The notes under the pieces are model-generated. The model saw only the letters and a program-made list of their open reading frames with translations. It did not search any database and was not told where the DNA came from. Positions 38,152 to 47,771 of a stretch of 64,000 nt of DNA are shown one piece after another (within the stretch, counting starts at the first letter, position 1; every line of letters starts with the position of its first letter). Source of the stretch: an uncultured bacterium (GTDB taxonomy: Bacteria > Patescibacteriota > Minisyncoccia > Phycocordibacterales > GWA1-40-21). The position numbers and the translations under genes are program-made. The DNA lies in assembly GCA_963804975.1 (NCBI GenBank), contig CAWDSG010000002.1, positions 341,015-405,014 on the forward strand. Reading direction: 5' to 3'.

Positions 38152-38658
38152 TTATTCCGTTTTAAATGAATCCATCTTCTCCTGAATATTCTTTTGGAAA
38201 TATCCTTTGTATCGCTTCTGAAGAGCCGGCAGTTTCCAGTCGGAACCTTTAATTCTTCCTCGGCACAATTTTGTTCTGCATTTGCATTCCATATCGTAAT
38301 TTCCGCTGTCAGTCATAACGTCATCATATGTAACTTCCTCGTCCTTTTCTATATCTCTCATTGCGTGGGGCCAGTTATCTTTAATGCCTACGTTTGGATC
38401 GCATGAATGATTCATTAGAAAACCAGCCGAAGGATTATTAATATCCAACGGACATTCTTCCTCGTTATCATTTATTTCATAACAAAGCTGTTTCCAAAGA
38501 ATAAAATTCGGCTTCTTTTTGATTTCTTCTTTGGTCAAAATCTGAACATCTTCTGTCCTATCAATCAGTTCGCCTTTCAGTATTTTTTCTTTAGCAAAAA
38601 GACCTTTTCCTTTCTCGGGAGTATTTCTGACTTCAATTTTTGGGTTTATATAGTTCAC
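38152..38658 (-). CDS. SET-domain protein with post-SET Cys cluster
   Basis: GKGLFA, NHSCDPN, RDIEKDEEVTYD and CKC...CRG motifs. Confidence 0.9.
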   Translation of the reverse strand: MNYINPKIEVRNTPEKGKGLFAKEKILKGELIDRTEDVQILTKEEIKKKPNFILWKQLCYEINDNEEECPLDINNPSAGFLMNHSCDPNVGIKDNWPHAMRDIEKDEEVTYDDVMTDSGNYDMECKCRTKLCRGRIKGSDWKLPALQKRYKGYFQKNIQEKMDSFKTE

Positions 38659-38659
38659 T

Positions 38660-39388
38660 TTAACGCTTATTATATCTATAAATATTTACTTTCTGCGAAG
38701 ATGAAGCTGTGTTGAAAACCTGTCTCTCTGTATTTGTTGCATGCATTCCAAACGGCTGTATTTGATGCGCTTTTAAAACCGTCTGCTCAAGAAGATTAAC
38801 CTCCCTCTGTTCCCCGTCGGTTTTGTTGGAACCGATTTTTTGAAGAATGCCGGCATGCTTGTTTATGGATTGATTGAAAAAGTTATTGATATTGTTTCTA
38901 GTCGGCGTTGTTGTGGCCATAAATCTCATATTATTATCAAAAGCATTTACATTCCTGCTGAAATTCTGCTCGATTTGCTGCCTGTATTTTGGTGTTAATT
39001 TATTTTTATTCGCAAGCGTTTCCGCTTCGTTCAATCTGCGCACGGCTTTTTCCGCGTTCCATGAAGCTTTTTCTACCGGAGTAATAGCTAAAGCATCGCG
39101 CATCGGCTCGGTGACATTTACTTTTATGGGATAAAGCAGATCGCCGGGTACAGTGCCTTCGGCTGCGTATGTAAGAGTTCCTCCGGCTATGACAAAAATC
39201 AGCAAAGAAGCGAGAGCGTACGCAAATGATTTATGAATGCTGAAAAAATTCCAAACATTTACCTTTGGCATATACGGAGAAAGAACAGGAGTTTTCATTA
39301 CTCGTTCAAAAATAATATTTTTCTCATCTTTTGTGAGATTAATATTTCTGATTTCTTGTATTGCTTTATTTATTCTGTCTTTATCCAT
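38660..39388 (-). CDS. DUF5667-like membrane protein, putative anti-sigma factor
   Basis: One TM helix, then AEGTVPGDLLYPIK...RRLNEA. Confidence 0.75.
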   Translation of the reverse strand: MDKDRINKAIQEIRNINLTKDEKNIIFERVMKTPVLSPYMPKVNVWNFFSIHKSFAYALASLLIFVIAGGTLTYAAEGTVPGDLLYPIKVNVTEPMRDALAITPVEKASWNAEKAVRRLNEAETLANKNKLTPKYRQQIEQNFSRNVNAFDNNMRFMATTTPTRNNINNFFNQSINKHAGILQKIGSNKTDGEQREVNLLEQTVLKAHQIQPFGMHATNTERQVFNTASSSQKVNIYRYNKR

Positions 39389-39399
39389 ATATTTATTTT

Positions 39400-39921
39400 T
39401 TATTTCATTTCGTGAAATTTTTCCCGTAATTTTTCAAGGCCTCTCGCAATGCGGACCGAAACGATGCTTGCCGTAATACCTAAAACGGAAGCGATTTCCT
39501 GAGGCAAGAGGTCTTCGGCAAACCGCAGATACAGAACATCTTTATATATCGGTTCAAACGTCTCTATTTCTTCAAGTATCATCTTTGTTTCTGCAGAAGA
39601 TACAATATTTAAATGAGCCTGTTCGTCGGCTGGTTCAAAAATACTCCCCGCATCCTCTTTGTCTATAAGCGCATCCAACGATTCGGATTTTTTCTTGCGA
39701 TACCAGTCAACGATCCTGTTGTGCGCGAGCGTAAACAAATAAGCTCTTTCTTTTCTGATTTTTTCGCCTGAATTCTGTGCTTTCCAAAGTTCGGTAAAAA
39801 TATCCTGCACAATATCAATTGCTTTTTCTCGGTCGGAAACCCGCAAGAAACAATATCGAAAAAGCGAATCTGCCTCTTTTTCGTATATTTCCGTAAATTT
39901 TTGTTTTATATGTACTTCCAT
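39400..39921 (-). CDS. ECF sigma-70 factor
   Basis: AIDIVQDIFTELW, AYLFTLAHNRIVDWYR and EIASVLG...VSVRIARG motifs. Confidence 0.92.
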   Translation of the reverse strand: MEVHIKQKFTEIYEKEADSLFRYCFLRVSDREKAIDIVQDIFTELWKAQNSGEKIRKERAYLFTLAHNRIVDWYRKKKSESLDALIDKEDAGSIFEPADEQAHLNIVSSAETKMILEEIETFEPIYKDVLYLRFAEDLLPQEIASVLGITASIVSVRIARGLEKLREKFHEMK

Positions 39922-39928
39922 AGATTAT

Positions 39929-39954
39929 GACGTATAAACAGGCCTGTTCTTTCA
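39929..39954 (-). promoter_or_regulatory. Putative autoregulatory ECF promoter
   Basis: TGAAAGA-N15-CGTC, 7 nt before the sigma ATG. Confidence 0.65.
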
Positions 39955-40003
39955 AGAATAATGAATTAAAAATAATAATACAATAAATAATTCGCTATGT
40001 CCA

Positions 40004-40029
40004 TGAAAGAGTTGTATAATTGAGACGTC
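40004..40029 (+). promoter_or_regulatory. Putative ECF promoter of the divergent DUF5666-like gene
   Basis: TGAAAGA-N15-CGTC, with the same boxes and spacing as 39929-39954. Confidence 0.65.
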
Positions 40030-40095
40030 TTTATTTATGTAGATAGAGTATGTCAAAACGCCGTCTACTATTAACAATCTTAATTTATAAATATT

Positions 40096-41022
40096 ATGAA
40101 AACAAAAAAATTACTCAATTCATTTGTTGTTCTCTCGGTTCTTTTTGGCTTGGTTATGGCAAACACAGCGCTTGCGAACGATAATGGCCAGAATAATTCC
40201 CAGAATAAACCTGAAAAAGTGAATAATAACGGAGGTTTTTTGGGCGGACTTTGGAACGGCTTCTTAAATCGCACAAAAGCCAGCGGTAATAGCAATGCCG
40301 AAAGAGCAAATATTATTTCAGGCATGGTTTCTTCTGTGAGTGGCAACACGATAACAGTTTCTGTTGTGGAAAGGAAACTTCTTAATGTCCCGGCAAATAG
40401 ATATTTCGGTACGAGTACGAGACAGGAATATGGTTCAAGTACAAAACCGATGTTCGGTACGAGTACGAGGCCGGAATTTAATAAAAATATGAAGCCGGAA
40501 ATTTCAACAAGCACTGTTTTGTACTCGGTAGATGCGACAAACGCAAAAATTTACGAAGGCAGAGCGACGACAACGGTTTCAAATATAGCTGTCGGAGATG
40601 TGATTTGGGTTCAAGGCAAAGTGACAGATCAGAATGTGGCAGCCAAAGTGATATTAGTTATGGCAAAAAATCCTATTCCTAAAAAAGGAAATGAAGGGAA
40701 AAATAATCAATTTATCGGAGATGGCCAGCCGATAGTGGCAGGAACGATTTCTTCAATAAGCGCTTCCTCACTGACAATTACAAACAGCGGAAATAATACC
40801 TATACAGTTGACATAACGAGTGCAAAAATATTCGAAGGAAATAAAACCGCTTCATCATCGGATTTGGCAGTCGGCGATGCGGTAGTCGTCCAAGGCACTG
40901 TGAATGGGACTTCAATTACTGCTTCAAGCGTCATTGGCCAGAATGCAAAAGCGGAAAAAGGAGAATCAATGGGATTTTTCGGATCCATCGGCTCATTCTT
41001 CTCCAGATTATTTAAGTTTTAA
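40096..41022 (+). CDS. Exported protein with two DUF5666-like OB domains
   Basis: Signal peptide; two repeats of G.V/ISS.S...Y.VD.T.AKI..G...AVGD.V/I.VQG.V. Confidence 0.75.
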   Translation: MKTKKLLNSFVVLSVLFGLVMANTALANDNGQNNSQNKPEKVNNNGGFLGGLWNGFLNRTKASGNSNAERANIISGMVSSVSGNTITVSVVERKLLNVPANRYFGTSTRQEYGSSTKPMFGTSTRPEFNKNMKPEISTSTVLYSVDATNAKIYEGRATTTVSNIAVGDVIWVQGKVTDQNVAAKVILVMAKNPIPKKGNEGKNNQFIGDGQPIVAGTISSISASSLTITNSGNNTYTVDITSAKIFEGNKTASSSDLAVGDAVVVQGTVNGTSITASSVIGQNAKAEKGESMGFFGSIGSFFSRLFKF

Positions 41023-41036
41023 TCCCGATTGAAAGC

Positions 41037-41074
41037 TGTTGACAAAAACCCCGAGGTTAAACCTCGGGGTTTTT
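41037..41074. repeat. REP-like palindrome, probably acting as a terminator here
   Basis: TGTTGACAAAAACCCCGAGGTTAAACCTCGGGGTTTTT; copies at 50990 and 56215. Confidence 0.85.
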
Positions 41075-41121
41075 CAAAAGCAAAGATTGAACGGTTATAT
41101 TTATGTATTTTTTCATATTAT

Positions 41122-42288
41122 TTAATTATTTTTTATGGTGAATCCGAAAATAATAAGACCTATTATGACAACGATGCTTCCGGCAATAAGCGCTGTGTTA
41201 TCGCTGTACTGTTGCCAGACAAATCCTCCGATAATGCCGGAGAAAAGCGCTCCGAAACCGACAACGGCGTTCAGATATCCGTATGCTTCGCCTTTATATT
41301 CTTCTCCCACAAGCTTTGATACTTGCGCTCTTTGTGTTCCGTCCGTAAGCGCCGCATTGGTGCCAAGCAATAAAAATCCCACGACAAGCACAGCCAAAGA
41401 ATGGGAAAAAATCAGCACTATATATCCTAATATGAGCATAAGATAGCCGGTAAAAATAACTTTACTGTTCCCTATTTTATCAGCAATCTTTCCGGCAGGC
41501 GTGGAAAAAATCGCATAAGAAATATTATAAATCATATAGAAAAGCGGAATGGAGGCGATTAAAAATCCGAGATCTTTCGTCTTGAAAAGAAGTATGGCGA
41601 CAGGAAGCGAGCCAAGCGACAGGATAAAAATCGCGAGCAGATAAATTTTGAAGGAAAGCGGAAATTTATATCCGGCTTTTGCGATTGTTTTTCTGCTTTC
41701 AGCCAATGTCTTCACTTCGCTGACGAGCGCCAAGCTGAAAACAGCGAGAATTCCGATGACAAATGCCGTCATAAAAACCGTATTGAAAGCATTCGGATTT
41801 TTCAAAAGTATTAAATATGCTACAAGCGGTCCGAAAATCGCGCCGAGAGTATCCATAGCCCGATGATAGCCGAATGATTTGCTCATTTCCTCCGGCGCCG
41901 CCGAAATGGAAATAAGCGCGTCTCGCGGAGCATCACGCAGTCCTTTGCCGATTCTGTCGGTCAGGCGCAGACCGATAACGCCTCCTACGCTACTGACCAA
42001 TAAATAAAATGGTCTTGTCAGAACAGATAAGCTGTAGCCGATGACGGCAAAAATTTTCTTTTTGTGTATTTTGTCCGACAGGCGTCCGGAATATATCTTC
42101 ATAAAATCCGATGCGGCTTCAGCCAACCCTTCCACAAGCCCCAGAGATTCAGCTCCGGATTTGAGAACTGAAATAAAAAATGCCGGCAATACGGAAAGGA
42201 TCATTTCTGATGAGAAATCGTTGAAAAAACTCGTAAGTCCGAGAAAAAAAACATTTTTCTGCAATCCGAAAATTTTATCTTTTTTCAT
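41122..42288 (-). CDS. MFS transporter
   Basis: About 12 TM helices; GRLSDK, DRIGKGLRDAPRDAL and GKIADKIG motifs. Confidence 0.92.
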   Translation of the reverse strand: MKKDKIFGLQKNVFFLGLTSFFNDFSSEMILSVLPAFFISVLKSGAESLGLVEGLAEAASDFMKIYSGRLSDKIHKKKIFAVIGYSLSVLTRPFYLLVSSVGGVIGLRLTDRIGKGLRDAPRDALISISAAPEEMSKSFGYHRAMDTLGAIFGPLVAYLILLKNPNAFNTVFMTAFVIGILAVFSLALVSEVKTLAESRKTIAKAGYKFPLSFKIYLLAIFILSLGSLPVAILLFKTKDLGFLIASIPLFYMIYNISYAIFSTPAGKIADKIGNSKVIFTGYLMLILGYIVLIFSHSLAVLVVGFLLLGTNAALTDGTQRAQVSKLVGEEYKGEAYGYLNAVVGFGALFSGIIGGFVWQQYSDNTALIAGSIVVIIGLIIFGFTIKNN

Positions 42289-42333
42289 CCTATTTAGAGA
42301 CAGATTACAATCGTTGCTGTTTTCTTATTAAGA

Positions 42334-42879
42334 TTATTTAGTAAAATTAAAAGTATTCATAATTTCTGAAATTTTTGTCGCATCTGGACTATTACTATAA
42401 TCCGTAAAAGAAAAGTCATAACCGTCATGTATAGTAATTATTGAATCACCACGAAAAACTGCTTTCCCAATATTATAAAAATCTTTTTGAGTAACGGGAA
42501 AATTACTTCCAACGGCTATGTTTTTTAAGTTGGCAAATAATTCATCATTATTTTTTACTGTAGTTGTCGATACATCCAGAATTCTTACATTATTAAGTTC
42601 TCTAATATAATACTCGCTAACAAAAAATCCTGCTCTAGGACTAGAAACTTTTAACACATCAATATGCATATTTTGCGGATATTGGAATGAAAAACCATAC
42701 TGATTATTTGTGTAGGTTTGCCAATTTGAAGTACTTGATGCAACGTTATTATTTACACCAACAGGAACAACTGTCGATGCTTTTTTACTTGAATAAATAT
42801 AAATGCCACTACCAACCACTAAAATTGCAATAACTGCTAATAAAAGAGGAACAATAAAACCTTTTTGTGAGTTTTTCAT
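42334..42879 (-). CDS. Exported protein with pilin-like N-terminus and PsbP-like domain
   Basis: QKGF followed by a hydrophobic helix; WQTYTNNQYGFSFQYP; ends TFNF. Confidence 0.65.
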   Translation of the reverse strand: MKNSQKGFIVPLLLAVIAILVVGSGIYIYSSKKASTVVPVGVNNNVASSTSNWQTYTNNQYGFSFQYPQNMHIDVLKVSSPRAGFFVSEYYIRELNNVRILDVSTTTVKNNDELFANLKNIAVGSNFPVTQKDFYNIGKAVFRGDSIITIHDGYDFSFTDYSNSPDATKISEIMNTFNFTK

Positions 42880-42987
42880 AGATAAATAATATCACAATAA
42901 AATTGAAAAATCATTGGCATGTAATATTATATGATGTGGATAATAAAAAAAACAGGATTGCTCATAACAATCCTGTTAATTCTTTCC

Positions 42988-43596
42988 TTAAAATACTGTT
43001 GCGTATATCGTCCATGTTTGCTCTAGGGGACCCAAACCCTGTTTCCCCCAACTGTGAATTGCTAGTATTTCTGCGATAATATCACAACTGAGAAAAATGT
43101 CTTTTGCAACTGGGCTTACCTTATCGTTTAATAACAAAGCAATGCCATATACCGCTCCAGCACTAAGAGGACCGCAAATAAACCCGAGATCTTTTTCCAT
43201 CAAAAATTTAGATATGGGATTCATTTCGTCCCAATTGCCATCAATGGGCTTGCCAAAACCATATATAGTTTTTTTCTGATAGACCAACTGAGTACGTCCA
43301 TCACCCAAATATTCACTGCTAATAAGTATCGTTTGATATCCAATTGGCTGATTGGCTAAGGTGTATGCATAAACATCCAATTGATTCATTACAACCGACT
43401 CGGCAAGTAAAGCCAATGATATGTTACTAATGCCTTTTCTATCATCTTTACTAATTCTTGGTTGCTGAGTGAAACAATTTGGAAGATTCAAGCGGCCCTC
43501 ATATTCGCTGATTGGGCTAGCAAAAGCAAACGAATTTTCGCTTACGAAAATAATCGAAATGACAGCAAACAACAAAACTGTAACAATGAACTTCAT
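42988..43596 (-). CDS. Exported or membrane orphan protein
   Basis: Signal peptide; TTGACT-N17-TATTAT at 43684-43656; AAGGCGGG SD; terminator at 42951-42977. Confidence 0.6.
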   Translation of the reverse strand: MKFIVTVLLFAVISIIFVSENSFAFASPISEYEGRLNLPNCFTQQPRISKDDRKGISNISLALLAESVVMNQLDVYAYTLANQPIGYQTILISSEYLGDGRTQLVYQKKTIYGFGKPIDGNWDEMNPISKFLMEKDLGFICGPLSAGAVYGIALLLNDKVSPVAKDIFLSCDIIAEILAIHSWGKQGLGPLEQTWTIYATVF

Positions 43597-43702
43597 GTGT
43601 GCACCCGCCTTTCTTTTCTTAGTGATGCAATATGTTAATCCTGAAAACTAATTTCATAATATCATGTTTAATAATTAAAGTCAATAGCTTTATAAATATA
43701 AT

Positions 43703-44302
43703 TTACATCCCAAGCATCGCCTCAAATTTTGAATATACTTCCTTCACAAGCTCGCCTGATTTCGGATTATTCCAATCATGCATCCATTCAGAAACTAAAG
43801 AAAGAAGTGTTATCGGCACAACGCCGACCTGAAGCATTCTTTTTATTCCGAATTCATGGGCCGCTTTTGAAGCGTCTCCTGCGGCATCCATAAGTCCGTA
43901 AACTTCATAACCTTCTTTTATGGCATGCATCGCGGTATATGCAAAGCACATGCTTGTCCACAAGCCGGAAATCACCACTTTCTTTTTTCCTGATGCTTTC
44001 AATGCTTTGCGTATCGGCTCTTCTTCAAGCGCGTCAAAGCTCGGCATCTTGCGGTCAAAAATTTCTTGCCCCGGAAAAATATCCGTGATATCTTTCAGGA
44101 AATTTCCGTTGTATTTCGGACTGATGACCGAGAGCAATACGGGCACATTGAGAATCTTCGCCGCTTTCGCCGCTCCGATAGCGGCATTCCTGATAATCGT
44201 CCTGTCTCCGGAGCTGACTCCTTTGAACATTGCCGGCTGATAATCCACAAGGAGAAGAACGCTGTTTTCCGCGCTCAAAAGTTCTAGTTTTTTGTTTTCC
44301 AT
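43703..44302 (-). CDS. Isochorismatase-family cysteine hydrolase (YcaC-like)
   Basis: LLVDYQP, SGLWTSMC and DAAGD motifs. Confidence 0.9.
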   Translation of the reverse strand: MENKKLELLSAENSVLLLVDYQPAMFKGVSSGDRTIIRNAAIGAAKAAKILNVPVLLSVISPKYNGNFLKDITDIFPGQEIFDRKMPSFDALEEEPIRKALKASGKKKVVISGLWTSMCFAYTAMHAIKEGYEVYGLMDAAGDASKAAHEFGIKRMLQVGVVPITLLSLVSEWMHDWNNPKSGELVKEVYSKFEAMLGM

Positions 44303-44360
44303 ATTATTTTAGTTAAATTGATAAAACAAAACTGCCTAAATTATATCAAATATCTTATTC

Positions 44361-44849
44361 CTATTTTACATCAAAAGGCAAAATGGAAACCAAGACATTA
44401 TCTATATAAATTCTATTTTCATATTTCCCTGCCGAAACAGAAGGGCCGTTTCCGCATCCGCCGAAACCGCCCGGCTTAAGTTCCATGGGGAAAACTGCTT
44501 TTGGCTGAGGATACTCTTTTGTAGCGGGATTATAAATTGCGGTAGAAAAACTGCCGCTAGGAATATCTTTTTTAACATCCAGCGAGATGCAGAATTGGTC
44601 TTTGGAAAAATCAAAAACGGTTGTTTCTTGAGGCGCTTGCCTGACTCCTATAGGCGCTTTTCCCAAAGTGATCGGACCGGAAAAATATTCATTGAACTTC
44701 GCCTGATTTATTTGTTCCGATGTTTCTGAAGAATTTGTCGACGGGACATTATTTGCTGTTTCGTTTTGATTTTTAGGATGAAAAATTATCAAACCAGCAA
44801 TAATTACAAGGAGTATTATTATAATAATCAGCAAAGCTTTATTTTTCAT
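44361..44849 (-). CDS. Membrane-anchored hypothetical protein
   Basis: N-terminal TM helix; beta-rich domain ending AGKYENRIYIDNVLV. Confidence 0.65.
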   Translation of the reverse strand: MKNKALLIIIIILLVIIAGLIIFHPKNQNETANNVPSTNSSETSEQINQAKFNEYFSGPITLGKAPIGVRQAPQETTVFDFSKDQFCISLDVKKDIPSGSFSTAIYNPATKEYPQPKAVFPMELKPGGFGGCGNGPSVSAGKYENRIYIDNVLVSILPFDVK

Positions 44850-44927
44850 ATTAATTTAAATTAAGTTTATAATTGACCTTCGCTTATTATATCACAGTGT
44901 ATATTAAAATAATATATGAAACTGCAA

Positions 44928-45101
44928 TTATTTTTGCCGGCACAAAAGAACACAGTTTAGAATAAGCAGAAATATAAGGCCAATTAAGGAAACCGCTTGC
45001 ACACTATTGATGCTGGCAAATCCTTCATCAAGACCGTTATATAAAATCCAAAATATGAAAATTACATTCCCGATTAATGCAATAGGTTTGAATAATTTCA
45101 T
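44928..45101 (-). CDS. 57-aa two-TM protein (below the ORF-track cutoff)
   Basis: MKLFKPIALIGNVIFIFWILYNGLDEGF...; TGnTATAAT 6 nt upstream of the ATG. Confidence 0.6.
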   Translation of the reverse strand: MKLFKPIALIGNVIFIFWILYNGLDEGFASINSVQAVSLIGLIFLLILNCVLLCRQK

Positions 45102-45161
45102 AATGTTATTATATCAAAATTGCGAGATGACTGTCTGAAATGGTAAAAAACAATAAATTGG

Positions 45162-45644
45162 TCAGACTTCTTCCACCTCATGCAAATCTTTACCGATAAT
45201 CTTTGCTGAATAATTAGGATCTGACGGCTTGTCAAAGATAAACTTTCCTTTAAATTTCTTTCCTTTCAAAAGAAGCGGTAACCAGTATGCATCGTCAGAC
45301 CACATTTCGGAAAACGGTATTTTGTTCACATCAAACCATTGTGGTTTCATTTCCTCTGTTTCTTGTGGTTCACCACGAAATTTTTTAACAATAAAAATAT
45401 GTGTTTCAAGAATTTTTTGATCAAGTAAATATTCAAAATCAAGAATTCCAACTCTGGTAATCTCCAAAGCTTCAATCCCTGCCTCTTCTTTCAATTCTCT
45501 AATCGCTGCCATTTCAACTGTTTCTTGCTCTTGTAACTTACCGCCGAATCCATTCCATCTTCCCGCTCCGAAACCGCGCTTTTTCATACCTAAAAGTATT
45601 TTAGGGTGTTGATGTATAATGCACAGCGTCTGTTGTTTTTTCAT
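45162..45644 (-). CDS. NUDIX hydrolase, MTH1/8-oxo-dGTPase-like
   Basis: KKRGFGAGRWNGFGGK, Nudix box RELKEEAG, MWSDD. Confidence 0.92.
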   Translation of the reverse strand: MKKQQTLCIIHQHPKILLGMKKRGFGAGRWNGFGGKLQEQETVEMAAIRELKEEAGIEALEITRVGILDFEYLLDQKILETHIFIVKKFRGEPQETEEMKPQWFDVNKIPFSEMWSDDAYWLPLLLKGKKFKGKFIFDKPSDPNYSAKIIGKDLHEVEEV

Positions 45645-45682
45645 ATTAGATTAGAAAGTATAACAAAACTAAATTTAATTTG

Positions 45683-45753
45683 CTGCGGGGCTTGGAATCG
45701 AACCAAGATACCAGCCTCCAAAGGGCCGTGTCCTACCGTTAGACGATCCCGCA
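45683..45753 (-). tRNA. tRNA-Gln(TTG)
   Basis: Cloverleaf TGCGGGA...CGGCC-CTTTGGA-GGCTG...GGTTCGATTCC...CCCCGCA-G; CCA not encoded. Confidence 0.95.
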
Positions 45754-45912
45754 ATAATGAAACAAGTTAAAGGATACTTGAAAATCAAGGTTTTTTCAAG
45801 CTGTTTTTGCATTTGTCTTATATTGGGTAATGGATTATAATATAGGCATTAATAGTTTTAATAAATAATCAGGCCTAAAACATTTTGATTACAGAATGTT
45901 CGGCTAAAAAAT

Positions 45913-46167
45913 ATGGCAAATAAAAATTCTGCGTTTATGAAGCCTTTGAATGTAAGTGCTGACCTTGCCAAGGTAGTCGGCGCCGGCCCGATGCCGAGAT
46001 CCGAAGTCGTAAAAAAGCTTTGGGTTTATATCAAAGGAAAGAATCTTCAGGATCCGAAGAATAAGAGAAATATAAACGCCGATGCAAATTTGAAAGCGGT
46101 TTTTGGAGGCAAGGCGGTGGTCAATATGTTTGAAATGACCAAGCTCGTCTCAAAGCACTTATCATAA
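45913..46167 (+). CDS. Stand-alone SWIB/MDM2 domain protein
   Basis: FMKPL..SADLA.VVG...RSEVVKKLW.YIK..NLQDPKNKR.I.AD...MFEMTK...HL. Confidence 0.92.
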   Translation: MANKNSAFMKPLNVSADLAKVVGAGPMPRSEVVKKLWVYIKGKNLQDPKNKRNINADANLKAVFGGKAVVNMFEMTKLVSKHLS

Positions 46168-46238
46168 ATCTGATAATAATGAATTGAAAAAGAGGATTTT
46201 CGCTCTGCGAAAATCCTCTTTTTAATATTTCTTAAAAT

Positions 46239-47276
46239 CTATTTTCCTGAATCTATCAATCTGTTCAGTACCAGTTCAAGCGGCAGCTCCGGAATATAGG
46301 CCTTTGTTTCCATGTCATAGTATGACAAAAGCGTAAGTAAGGTATCGGAATTAATCTTTGAGGGTTTTTTATCGGCAAGGTTTTTTAAAAATACAAAATC
46401 GGTATCGGTCATTTCTTCTGCAAGCTTGTCAGCTGAACTTTTCAAATTTCTCAAAAGCAAAACTGCGCGCATTTTATGCAGGATCAGTTTGAAGTATAAA
46501 AGCATATCAATGTTCAGTTCCGTTGCCTGCCCGATTGCTTTCAATCCGATTTCAAGATTATTTTCATCTATCGCTCTTATGAAATCATTCACTAGTTCGG
46601 CCCTCGGCGCGCCTGCGACAAGCTCAACTTCAGGAAGCGTGATTTTATTGTCTTTTGACGCGCTCATAACTTTTTGCAGAATGCTCTGTGCGTCGCGGAA
46701 AGAACCATCGCCGAGAAGTGCAACAAGCTCGCATGACGCGCTGTCTATGCTGAATTTCTCTTTTTTTGCGATTGCCACCACAGTATCTTTGAGCATTTTT
46801 TGTGTCGGTTTCCTGAATGAAAATGTCTGGCATCTTGAAATAATCGTCTCGGGAATCTTGCTCGGTTCTGTCGTGGCAAAAATAAAAATGACATATTTGG
46901 GCGGTTCCTCGATTGTTTTCAAAAGCGCGTTCCAGGCCTGTTTTGAAAGCATATGAGCTTCATCCAATATATAAACCTTGTATTTTGACTCATATGGAAG
47001 AGTGCTGACAGATTCGTTCAGGGCGCGGATATCATCTACGCCGGTATTTGAAGCTGCGTCAATTTCAACAATATCGATTGCGGAGGTGCCGATTTCTTTT
47101 GCAAAAATCCTGGCAACGCTTGTTTTGCCTGTGCCTCGACTTCCAGAAAAAATATAAGCGTGGGCAATATTGCCGAGTTTGATACTGGATTGCAGAACCT
47201 TCACGATATGATCCTGCCCAAAAATCTCATTGAAATTTTTAGGGCGATATTTTCTGTATAAAGCTGTTTCCGACAT
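46239..47276 (-). CDS. dnaX: DNA polymerase III gamma/tau subunit (short form)
   Basis: ALYRKYRP, GSRGTGKTS, EIDAASN, DEAHML and SRC motifs. Confidence 0.96.
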   Translation of the reverse strand: MSETALYRKYRPKNFNEIFGQDHIVKVLQSSIKLGNIAHAYIFSGSRGTGKTSVARIFAKEIGTSAIDIVEIDAASNTGVDDIRALNESVSTLPYESKYKVYILDEAHMLSKQAWNALLKTIEEPPKYVIFIFATTEPSKIPETIISRCQTFSFRKPTQKMLKDTVVAIAKKEKFSIDSASCELVALLGDGSFRDAQSILQKVMSASKDNKITLPEVELVAGAPRAELVNDFIRAIDENNLEIGLKAIGQATELNIDMLLYFKLILHKMRAVLLLRNLKSSADKLAEEMTDTDFVFLKNLADKKPSKINSDTLLTLLSYYDMETKAYIPELPLELVLNRLIDSGK

Positions 47277-47339
47277 ATTGGCTAGATTATATCATTTTAT
47301 TAAAATTACGGAATCCAAAACTAATTTTTAGACAAAAAG

Positions 47340-47695
47340 AAAACCGACCCACCTCTCTCTCGTTAGAGTTTGAAGGGTCGGCTTTTATTAATGTTACACT
47401 AGGTCATAATGGAAACCTCCGGTTCCGTGCGAAATGAAACAGGTATTTACTGCACAGACCAATTAAGGTCTGTTGGCAAACCCGATCAATTGATTATTTA
47501 ATCGATTTTGATCTGTTCGCCGGGCCCCGGATTAGGCGATGGGGATGTCGGTCGCGCTGCTGGTCGTTTTCTTCCCAATAAAAATGGACTTCACGTCGAG
47601 ACTTCCTTCAAAGAACTGGGTCGCACGGCTTCTTCTCCTTTTGATTGGATCCAGCACATCTGTTCCAGATCCTCTCATTGAAATTGGTCCTGCAA
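47340..47695 (-). ncRNA. Candidate ~350-nt structured RNA (or 48-aa ORF at 47532-47678 with a long structured 3' UTR)
   Basis: TTGACA-N17-TATCCT at 47728-47700; several hairpins; terminator at 47341-47384. Confidence 0.4.
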
Positions 47696-47771
47696 TAAAA
47701 GGATATCACCATTTACATTTTTTGTCAAATGTTTTGTAATGTTTTTCTGTGGATTACTCAGAAATACGGCT

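Noticed and set aside
41029-41319. ORF sharing VDKNPEVKPRG with Fmt
   Set aside because: The similarity is only the translated DNA palindrome; the rest is antisense to the MFS gene.
47340-47695. tmRNA, RNase P RNA or SRP RNA
   Set aside because: No tRNA-like GGGG...CCA ends, no GAGGAAAGTCC and no SRP domain IV motif seen; kept as an unclassified candidate.
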